A program made the position numbers and the translations under genes. Below the pieces are notes generated by a model. The model was given only the letters and a program-made list of their open reading frames with translations, was not told the DNA's origin and did not search any database. Shown piece after piece: positions 36,901 to 43,793 of a stretch of 64,000 nt of DNA (positions within the stretch are counted from its first letter, which is position 1; the number at the start of each line of letters is the position of its first letter). The DNA is from an uncultured Spirochaetales bacterium (GTDB lineage Bacteria; Spirochaetota; Spirochaetia; Treponematales; JBGSOB01), in contig CAZIEI010000003.1 in the NCBI GenBank assembly GCA_964538705.1, positions 62 to 64,061 on the forward strand, in the 5' to 3' direction.

Positions 36901-37513
36901 GGGCTTCCGCCCCACGGACATGAATATCTCATTCTCGAAGAGCGATTGGAAGGACGCATATTTCTGGAAGAACCGGATCAAGGCCAAGCCTACCGTCTCG
37001 ACCAGCCTAGCCATCGATTTCCAGCAATTCACGAAGTCGAACTTCAACCTCAACCTCGGCGCGCAGGCGAGCGTCAACGAATTCCTCGACATCTCGCTGA
37101 GCTATACGTCCCAGAACGCGTCCATCTTCTGGTACTTTGTCGGCCTCCCCGGCTTCGAGATGAGCCCGGAGATCGACGAGAACAGGCGTAACCTCTTCAA
37201 GGACATCCTGGATTCCATTACGTTCTTCGTCTGGGACGAGGAGAGCGGGCGGCTCGTCTTCTCGGAGGAGGCGAGGCGTCGGAGCCTCTTCAAGCTCAAG
37301 AACATAGGGATCAGCCTCGTGCACCACATGCACGACTGGACCCTGACCGTGGACCTGAGCGCCAAGCCAGTCCTGAGAACGGTCGCGGGCGTCTCGGATT
37401 ATGTCTTCACACCGTCGTTCTCACTGGCAGTGCAGTGGAAGCCCATCTCCGAGCTCAAGACCAAGACCACCGTGACGGAGAACGCCGAGGGCACTCAGAT
37501 CACGATCGAGTAA
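33935..37513 (+). CDS. Large outer-membrane LptD/OstA-like protein with N-terminal signal peptide, Pro/Ser-rich linker and SAP-like motif
   Basis: Signal peptide FLASLAAFSLAAAARLGAQA. SAP-like segment ELDAWCESLGLPRTGTVDELRTRLYGHY. OstA-like segment ITVKNAGKAESFLMEGIDERYVRFSGGVVLVL...ARGDVTY. The long beta-rich C-terminal region has many aromatic-terminated strands. The LptD call is inference. Confidence 0.6.
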   Translation: MTASRRFLASLAAFSLAAAARLGAQAPSPPAPSPAPSSAPPPSLAAPSPSPSPAAAEDLVASTMALDIATAGIYELDAWCESLGLPRTGTVDELRTRLYGHYGAKPPSSAAGKGRTITVKNAGKAESFLMEGIDERYVRFSGGVVLVLVEPEKNWTHEIHAREILVNQTASLLSARGDVTYTLKKPGSEERFSGEWLDVDLDTWTGHFLDGRIVRTGGAEDLQTKFVFAADVVRTGDAERAVFDNAVISSAETGMPYYSIRATRVWLLGPGEWAMSNAVLSVGEVPLLYLPFFFYNGEELVFHPVVGDRDREGPFFQTTYYFKGQKPAGKESISLLQLQASKDSGPRKVKGLYIVPAKEGDEDAIKKTQDVFKLMLDGYSNLGAFLGTELRLTENPKVKVNLFAVAAITRNVYSSVTSGASMDYTPYVEAHDWKSVWNASRFLGLRLPFRYGADFSLTLALPPLSATLAFPFFSDPYVEGEFKNRKEDMDWFAFLKESKTDTAATVKRSSLDMRAELSLAPSTAKLSPYVTTASLSYLRTKLSWLAKTASNNGLEPPGTNEDVDPTREFFYPDLLTMVDASAKIAGTLASWPPKASAVSVATAPTPPPAAVSPDGAAIPAAAPPLAEVPPIEDPDPLPADKAYKPPDPLQPWEEAPPAETAEKPADEKDYPLSAFRVDALKAPQAPQLPAPQAPFTFTLGYAMDPSATLERRFLAESWPNPEDVDWAALHDKSLVKFSGSLDAAAAFLGGAASASLKLGVKSQVQDHFNLTEDETYLNDDAQLALVKTDAQARSDNLTGTARLSAKPFTGDAFWGESSLSWDLSALLYDYRYETMDGETPVFATRSLEWNTESIPTHSLTATVVALPLGWRQSLSLVATLPPKDESYSGALSSRIDDITLTASSKIYRPANQSDWKYDPLSLGALYSPGGGFTLSDTFVQNLEAARPESNATTVGFRGLSATFNMRHSPDYYFDSATTPMQWRQTPGSEGFRPTDMNISFSKSDWKDAYFWKNRIKAKPTVSTSLAIDFQQFTKSNFNLNLGAQASVNEFLDISLSYTSQNASIFWYFVGLPGFEMSPEIDENRRNLFKDILDSITFFVWDEESGRLVFSEEARRRSLFKLKNIGISLVHHMHDWTLTVDLSAKPVLRTVAGVSDYVFTPSFSLAVQWKPISELKTKTTVTENAEGTQITIE

Positions 37514-37568
37514 CGGAGAGTGCGGCTTGCCCGGAGTCCGGCCGGCCGCGCCGCCGGCCAAACGGGGC

Positions 37569-38783
37569 TCAGCAGCCGAGGATCCGCTTCAGCCCCGCGG
37601 CGAGAGCGTCCATGAACTCCCAGGAATCGAGGATCCGCTCGGGCTTGGGCGAGGCGAGGCGCGAGAGGTCCCCCGTCATCGCCCCGGACTCGATAGTCTC
37701 CACACAGGCGCGCTCCAGGGCGTCCGCAAAATCCTCGAGATCCCGCGTGCCGTCCATCTTCGCGCGCTGCCTGAGACCTCCCGTCCACGCGTAGATGAGG
37801 GCCACGGGATTGGTGCTCGTCCGCTCGCCCTTCTTCCAACGGTAATAATGCTGCTGGACGGTGCCGTGCGCGGCCTCGTACTCGAACACGCCCGAGGGGG
37901 AGACGAGGACACTCGTCATCATGGCGAGGGAGCCGAAGGTACTCGCGACCATGTCCGACAGGACGTCGCCGTCGTAGTTCTTGCAGGCCCAGAGGTACCC
38001 ACCCTGGCTCTTCATGACGCGGGCGACCGCATCGTCGATGAGTGTGTAGAAGTAGACGATGCCTGCGGCCTTGAACTTTACCTCAAATTCCTTCGCGTAT
38101 ACACGAGCGAAGACGTCCTTGAACCTTCGGTCGTAGACCTTGGAGATGGTGTCCTTGGTTCCGAACCAGACGTCGACCTTCTCCTCGAGCGCGTAGAGAA
38201 AGCAGGCGCGCGCGAAGCTCTCGATGGAGCCGTCGAGGTTATGAATGCCCTGGACCACTCCGGGCCCGTCCATGTCCATGATGGTCTTCCGGAGGACCTT
38301 TCCATCCGTGCCCGTGAAGACGATCTCCGCCTTCCCCGGACCGGGGACGTCGAGCTCGGCGTTCTTGTACACGTCGCCATAGGCGTGGCGGCCGATGATG
38401 ATGGGCTTGGTCCACGCGGGGATGGAGGGGGTCACGTTCTTGACGAGGATGGGCTTGCGGAACACCGTGCCGTCGAGAGCGGCGCGGATGGTGCCGTTGG
38501 GGGAGAGCCACATCTCGGAGAGGCCGTACTCGGTCACGCGGTCCGCGTTAGGGGTGATGGTCGCGCACTTCACGCCGACGCCCAGGCGCTTGATGGCCTC
38601 CGCCGATTCGCGCGTCACGCGGTCCTTCGTGGCTTCCCGGCGCTCGAGCCCGAGATCGTAGTACTCGGCCTTGAGGTCGACGTACGGGAGGATCAGCTTC
38701 TCCTTCACCAGGGCCCAGAGCACCCTCGTCATCTCGTCGCCGTCGAGCTCGGCTATCGGGTTCTTCATCGGTATCTTGGACAT
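37569..38783 (-). CDS. icd: NADP-dependent isocitrate dehydrogenase (404-aa IDH1-like type)
   Basis: MSKIPMKNPIAELDGDEMTRVLW...KCATITPN...GTVFRKPI...IIGRHAYGD. Confidence 0.95.
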   Translation of the reverse strand: MSKIPMKNPIAELDGDEMTRVLWALVKEKLILPYVDLKAEYYDLGLERREATKDRVTRESAEAIKRLGVGVKCATITPNADRVTEYGLSEMWLSPNGTIRAALDGTVFRKPILVKNVTPSIPAWTKPIIIGRHAYGDVYKNAELDVPGPGKAEIVFTGTDGKVLRKTIMDMDGPGVVQGIHNLDGSIESFARACFLYALEEKVDVWFGTKDTISKVYDRRFKDVFARVYAKEFEVKFKAAGIVYFYTLIDDAVARVMKSQGGYLWACKNYDGDVLSDMVASTFGSLAMMTSVLVSPSGVFEYEAAHGTVQQHYYRWKKGERTSTNPVALIYAWTGGLRQRAKMDGTRDLEDFADALERACVETIESGAMTGDLSRLASPKPERILDSWEFMDALAAGLKRILGC

Positions 38784-38955
38784 GCTATTCCTCCAGGAAG
38801 CGTATGGGCGACGCGGACGGGCCGGAGCGCCGCCTAAAGATGCCCTGGAGGGACGGGCTTGGTCAAGAACGACCGCGACGGCCTCGCGGATACGCGCGAC
38901 GGCCTCAAGGAAAGACTCGCGAGGCGCGATACTATGATTGAAGGAGGAGATCCGA

Positions 38956-39666
38956 GTGCGTCAACGAGAGCGGTTCACAGCGGCCATCATCTTCGGCGTC
39001 CTCATCGCGGCCGGAGCTCCGGCGCAGTCCGTGGCCTCCGCCGCGCCCCCCCCCCTCAAGGGCGCCGCCTCTTCGAGGACGCTCCTCTGGGCCTATGCCT
39101 ACGGTCCGAGCGGCTATTACGAATTCGGGCCCGTGAAGGCCCTCGACGAAACGTACGACGCGGATGGCCGCGTCGTCTCATGGACGCTCTCCTACATTGA
39201 CGGAACCGCGGAGAGCCGCGCCGAGTCGGGCGCGAGGGCGTACGACGACTCGGGCGGATATGTCGAGACCGTCCGCGGCCCCGACGGCTCGCTGAGGCGG
39301 ACCGTCGCGGCGCTCCCCGGACGCTCGGGATGGTCAACCGTCGCCTGCCGCCCCGACGGCTCCGTCATCTACGCCATCGCGCCGGTGACGGCGACGAAGT
39401 CGTCATTCGAGTACCTCGTGACGGGCTCCCTGGGGGAACCCGCTTTCCGCGGCGCCGAGTCCTTCACCACAGCGGGCCTCCCCGCGGGCTTCTACCGTTT
39501 CGGAGATGACGGAGGCCTCGCGTACGCGACCGCTCTCGAGTACGCGGCCTTCGACGACCGCGGCAACTGGACCGTGAGGAAGGAGAGTGAACGCTACCTG
39601 GAACGATGGGACCGCCCGAAGTCCAAGGCGGTTCGCACGATCGCCTACGCGGGAGCCGCGAAATGA
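38956..39666 (+). CDS. Secreted hypothetical protein
   Basis: GTG at 38956 lies 7 nt after AAGGAGGA. Signal-like segment FTAAIIFGVLIAAGAPAQS. The track start at 38938 is the alternative. Confidence 0.55.
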   Translation: MRQRERFTAAIIFGVLIAAGAPAQSVASAAPPPLKGAASSRTLLWAYAYGPSGYYEFGPVKALDETYDADGRVVSWTLSYIDGTAESRAESGARAYDDSGGYVETVRGPDGSLRRTVAALPGRSGWSTVACRPDGSVIYAIAPVTATKSSFEYLVTGSLGEPAFRGAESFTTAGLPAGFYRFGDDGGLAYATALEYAAFDDRGNWTVRKESERYLERWDRPKSKAVRTIAYAGAAK

Positions 39667-40625
39667 GCAAAAGCGCCCCGCTCGCGCGGATCGTGAAAAC
39701 CGGAGGCGTGCAGACGTTCGCGAGAATCTCGATGGTCTCGTGCATCGCGGCGGCCGCGGCGGCGTCCCTGCTCTCGGGTTGCGCCGGCCTCAGGATCACT
39801 GTCACGGTCGACGAACTCGGCCGCTTCCTCTCTCCCGTCTCGCGCGCTCCGTCAGAGACGGAGGAGGACGAGCTTCCCCCTCCGCGACGCTCGCGGGCGG
39901 GCGGGACTCGGGGGTCCAGCGACGAGAGCGGATCGACTGAAGCGCCGCGAGCAGGATCGAAGGGGAAAACGAAGAAACCCGCCGAAGGGGCTCGATCGCC
40001 CGAAGCGGAGAGCCGTCCCCCGTCGAAAGGGATGAAGACAGCTGCTACCTCCGCGGAAGACCCCCAAGCTCCAGAGAATCCGCGAATCGCGACAACGAGG
40101 CTGCCGGGCACGGGCGACGCGGAAGCCGCCGCCGAGGGCGGGCTCGCAGCGGACGCTTCCGCGAGGTTGCCCCGGGGAGCGCTCGAACGCGATCCCGACG
40201 CGAAGGCCTTCTTCCCCATCGCCGATCGATACGCGGCGATGCCCGGTCCGGGCGGCAAGGCGCTCGCAGCGGCGCTGGCGCGCGTGAGATCGGGAGTCAT
40301 CCTCAGGGGCTCCTGCTGGGACTTCGTCGACGCCGTCTACTCAGATGCGGGCTTCGGGAAGGAGAAGCGGAAGAACGTCTTCAAGGGAAAGGTCTCGGGA
40401 CCATACGCGGATCCCTCCATCCTCCAGCCGGGAGACTGGGTCGGGACGCTCAATATCTACTCGGCGACCGTGACCCACTCGGCGATCTTCGTGGAATGGC
40501 TCGACATGGAATCGAGGACCGCGCTCACCATCGACTATCCGGGCAACTCGAGGAACGAGCCCGGCCGCTTCAGGGTCTCCGACCTCTCAAAACTCTTCCA
40601 GGTCGACAGGGGTTCGGAACTTTAG
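39663..40625 (+). CDS. Lipoprotein with low-complexity linker and C-terminal Cys/His (papain-like/NlpC-P60-like?) domain
   Basis: ATG at 39663 overlaps the upstream stop (ATGA). Lipobox LLSG-C. The C-terminal GSCWDFVDAVY...VTHSAIFVEW suggests a Cys-His dyad. The fold call is speculative. Confidence 0.6.
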   Translation: MSKSAPLARIVKTGGVQTFARISMVSCIAAAAAASLLSGCAGLRITVTVDELGRFLSPVSRAPSETEEDELPPPRRSRAGGTRGSSDESGSTEAPRAGSKGKTKKPAEGARSPEAESRPPSKGMKTAATSAEDPQAPENPRIATTRLPGTGDAEAAAEGGLAADASARLPRGALERDPDAKAFFPIADRYAAMPGPGGKALAAALARVRSGVILRGSCWDFVDAVYSDAGFGKEKRKNVFKGKVSGPYADPSILQPGDWVGTLNIYSATVTHSAIFVEWLDMESRTALTIDYPGNSRNEPGRFRVSDLSKLFQVDRGSEL

Positions 40626-40646
40626 CGAATTCTCCGCTGACTGCGA

Positions 40647-40687
40647 TTTTTTTTTTGCTTGCGCCCTCGATGGCCCGATGGTAGACT
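40647..40687 (+). promoter_or_regulatory. T10 tract plus candidate sigma70-type promoter upstream of the REC-PAS-GGDEF-EAL gene
   Basis: T10 at 40647-40656. TTGCGC (40659-40664), a 17-nt spacer, then TAGACT (40682-40687). Confidence 0.3.
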
Positions 40688-40824
40688 GGGACGACAATCA
40701 AAGAACAGCCCATGGATTGAATACGTGCCCGACGCAGGCAGGACGCGCGGCCCCAAGTGGCGGTACGCCAGTGGGAAAGCCACGCGCCCGGGATCCCGCG
40801 GGCGGAAGCGGTGGAACGAAGGAG

Positions 40825-42891
40825 ATGAAATCGCAGGGTAGGATCCTGATCGTCGACGACAACCGAGAGAGCGTGGACGAGCTCGCCCGCACGCTCGAGA
40901 CCTTCTCCTTCGAAGTCGAGACCGCCGACACTGGGCGGGGCGGTATACGAGCCGCCGGCGACAGCGAGCACGACCTGGTCCTCCTGGACGTCGCCCTCCC
41001 GGACATGAGCGGCCTGGACGTCCTCTCCTCCCTCCGTTCGAATAGGGACATGGCCGAGCTCCCCGTCATCATGCTCACGTCCGTCGCCAGGGACGAGCTC
41101 GTCGTCGAGGCGCTCTCGCGTGGCGCCAACGATTTCGTCCGAAAACCCGCCCAACCATCCGTCATGCGGTCGAGGATCAGGACCCAGATCAGCCTGAGCC
41201 GGGCGGAGAAGGCGCTCAAGCTGAGCGAGGAGCGGTACGCCCTCGCCGCCGCGGCCACCCGCGACGGGCTCTGGGACTGGAAGCTCAAGGAAGAGGACCT
41301 ATTCATATCCGCCAACTGGGCTTTCATCGCGGCGATCTCCGCGAACCGCGAATCGATCAGCTTCCGGGAATGGCTCGAGATCGTCCACCACTCGGACCGC
41401 GAGGACTTCAACTCGCTCATGGACCAGCTCAGGAAGGGCTTCCGCGATCGCCTGGATGTCGAGTGCAGGATCCGCCAGCCGGACGGGACGCTCAGGTGGG
41501 TGGCCGTGCGCGGCATCCTCGTGCGCGGCCCCTCAGGCGAGCCCCAACGCATCGCCGGCGCCATGAGCGACGTCACCGACTCGAAGTTCTACCACTCGCT
41601 CACTCGCCTCCCCGCCCTGCCCCTCCTCCAGGAACGCATCGAGCGGCTCATCGAGTCGCGCGCGGACGGGCTCGAGGGCCTCGGCGCCGTGGTCTTCATC
41701 GACCTCGACGGCTTCCGCTTCCTGAACCAGGCCTACGGCCACGCGAACGGGGACCGCGTCATACAGACGGTCGCGCATCGCATCAAATCCGCGATCGGTC
41801 CTTCGGATACTCTCGCCCATTACGGCCGCGACGAGTTCCTCGCCTTTCTCGAGGGGGCTCAAGACCCCACGCGCATCCTCGACTGCGTGGGGCGCATCCT
41901 CGAGCTCGTCCAATCGCCCGTCCCGCAGGAGGGCGGCGGCGCGGAGATGTCGGTGACGGCCTGCGCGGGCGTGACGATCCTCGATTCGAGCTACCATTCC
42001 GCCGCCAAGGCCGTGCAGGACGCGGAGTCGGCCATGCACATGGCCAAGCGCGACGGCCCGAACCGCTACCGCTTCTTCCTCAAGGACTACTACGACCGCG
42101 TTAAGGAGCGCCTCGAGCGCGACCGGGACTTGAGGCATGCGCTCAAGGAGACGCAGTTCCTCCTCGTCTACCAGCCGCAGATCCGCGTCTCGGACGGCGA
42201 ACTCGTCGGCTTCGAGGCACTCCTCCGCCGCCGCGATCCCTCGGGAGCGCTCGTGATGCCCGACAGGCTGATCCCCGTTGCCGAGGAGAGCGGAATGATC
42301 GGGAAGCTCGGGGAGTGGATCCTCAGGACGGCTTGCGCGCGCATCAAGGCCTGGACGGATGAGGGGCTCAGGCCGCCGCGCGTCGCGGTGAACCTCTCGC
42401 CGCTCCAGTTCAACGACGAGAACCTCGCCGCGACCCTCACGGACATCATCCGTTCCACCGGCGCGGACCCAGGCCTCCTCGAGCTCGAAATCACCGAGAG
42501 CAAGGCGATGGAGAACCCCGAGGAGACGATCCGCATCATGGCCAAGCTCAAGGAGCTCGGCCTCGGCTTCGCCATCGACGATTTCGGCACGGGCTACTCG
42601 AGCCTCTCGATGCTCCAGCGCTTCCCCCTCTCGACGTTGAAGATCGACAAGGCCTTCGTGAGCGGGATCGGGGATTCTCCCGCGGCCCGCTCCATCGTCG
42701 AGGCGATCATCGCGATGGCGAGGAGCATGCGGTTCTCCACGGTGGCCGAGGGCGTTGAGCGCCTCGAGGAGCTCGAGTTCCTCAAGACGATCGGCTGCGA
42801 CGCGTACCAGGGATTCTACGCGAGCGGGGCGGTGGGCGCGGAGGAAGCCACTTCCTTCCTCAAGAAGCGGCGTCCCACTCCGAAGGGCTAG
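40825..42891 (+). CDS. Response regulator with REC-PAS-GGDEF(degenerate)-EAL architecture (probable c-di-GMP phosphodiesterase)
   Basis: REC: ILIVDDN...DLVLLDVALPDMSG...RKP. PAS: RDGLWDW. The GGDEF site reads YGRDEF. EAL motifs are intact: EALLRR, NLSP, EITES, DDFGTGYSSL, KIDKAFV, EGVE, QGF. The start was trimmed to the ATG at 40825 after GGAG. Confidence 0.85.
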   Translation: MKSQGRILIVDDNRESVDELARTLETFSFEVETADTGRGGIRAAGDSEHDLVLLDVALPDMSGLDVLSSLRSNRDMAELPVIMLTSVARDELVVEALSRGANDFVRKPAQPSVMRSRIRTQISLSRAEKALKLSEERYALAAAATRDGLWDWKLKEEDLFISANWAFIAAISANRESISFREWLEIVHHSDREDFNSLMDQLRKGFRDRLDVECRIRQPDGTLRWVAVRGILVRGPSGEPQRIAGAMSDVTDSKFYHSLTRLPALPLLQERIERLIESRADGLEGLGAVVFIDLDGFRFLNQAYGHANGDRVIQTVAHRIKSAIGPSDTLAHYGRDEFLAFLEGAQDPTRILDCVGRILELVQSPVPQEGGGAEMSVTACAGVTILDSSYHSAAKAVQDAESAMHMAKRDGPNRYRFFLKDYYDRVKERLERDRDLRHALKETQFLLVYQPQIRVSDGELVGFEALLRRRDPSGALVMPDRLIPVAEESGMIGKLGEWILRTACARIKAWTDEGLRPPRVAVNLSPLQFNDENLAATLTDIIRSTGADPGLLELEITESKAMENPEETIRIMAKLKELGLGFAIDDFGTGYSSLSMLQRFPLSTLKIDKAFVSGIGDSPAARSIVEAIIAMARSMRFSTVAEGVERLEELEFLKTIGCDAYQGFYASGAVGAEEATSFLKKRRPTPKG

Positions 42892-42903
42892 CGCCCGGGC
42901 GGC

Positions 42904-43656
42904 CTACATCTCGTCGTAGATCTCCTCGACCCGGAACATCCCCTTCTTCTTCTTGCCCGAGACGAGCCACTCCGCCGCCAGCACGGCGCCCGCGGCGAAG
43001 CCCTCGCGCGAGCGAGCGCGGTGCGTGAGCTCGATGGTGTCGGCCACGGAGTCGAAGAAGACGGTGTGCGTCCCGGGTATCGATCCCGTCCGTAGGCTCG
43101 CGAAGTGGAGCTCGTCCGGCTCGGGCTTCCCGTCCTCGTAGGCGCCGCCGTGGAGCTTGTTCTTCCGGTCCAGGCGCTCGAGCAGGATCGAGGCGATAGC
43201 CTTGGCGGTGCCCGAGGGGGAATCGGTCTTCTGCGCGTGATGCGCCTCGAAGCCCCCGACGTCGTACTGGGGGAATCCGTCCATGAGGCGCGCGGCCTCG
43301 GCGACGATCCGGTAGAAGACGTTCACGCCGATGGAAAAGTTGGGGCCGTAGACGAGGGCGCCGTCGTAGAAGTCCACCGCCTTCCTCACGCGCTCGACCT
43401 CGCCCGTCCAGCCGGTGGTTCCCACGACGAGAGGCAGCCCGAGAGGCAGGATCTTGTCGATATTGGAGACGACCGCCGAGGGGACGCTGAATTCGATGGC
43501 GACGTCGATGCCCTTCGCGGCTTCGGACGAGGGCTCGCGGAACGCCGCCTCGGGCATGAAGGGGTCGACGATGGCCGCCACTTCGTGCCCGCGCGCCTTG
43601 GCCGCGGCCTCGATCATCTTCCCCATCTTCCCGTACCCGACCATCATGATGCGCAT
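42904..43656 (-). CDS. dapB: 4-hydroxy-tetrahydrodipicolinate reductase
   Basis: MRIMMVGYGKMGKMI...VVGTTGW...EAHHAQKTDSPSGTA. The start was trimmed to the ATG at 43656 after GAAGGAGG. Confidence 0.9.
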   Translation of the reverse strand: MRIMMVGYGKMGKMIEAAAKARGHEVAAIVDPFMPEAAFREPSSEAAKGIDVAIEFSVPSAVVSNIDKILPLGLPLVVGTTGWTGEVERVRKAVDFYDGALVYGPNFSIGVNVFYRIVAEAARLMDGFPQYDVGGFEAHHAQKTDSPSGTAKAIASILLERLDRKNKLHGGAYEDGKPEPDELHFASLRTGSIPGTHTVFFDSVADTIELTHRARSREGFAAGAVLAAEWLVSGKKKKGMFRVEEIYDEM

Positions 43657-43793
43657 GCCGACCTCCTTCGATCCCGGGCCGAAAGCATACAACCAAGGGC
43701 CGCGGAGGGGAAGACTCGGACGGATTCCCGGCCAGGACCGGCGCGGGCCCGGCGAATGCGGGCGCCTCGACGCGGAACGGGAGGCGCGGAGGC

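Noticed and set aside
37514-37568. GC hairpin (ggccgg...ccggcc) between the convergent LptD-like and icd genes as a terminator
   Set aside because: The stem is only 6 bp with no flanking U/A tracts. It is plausible but too weak to annotate.
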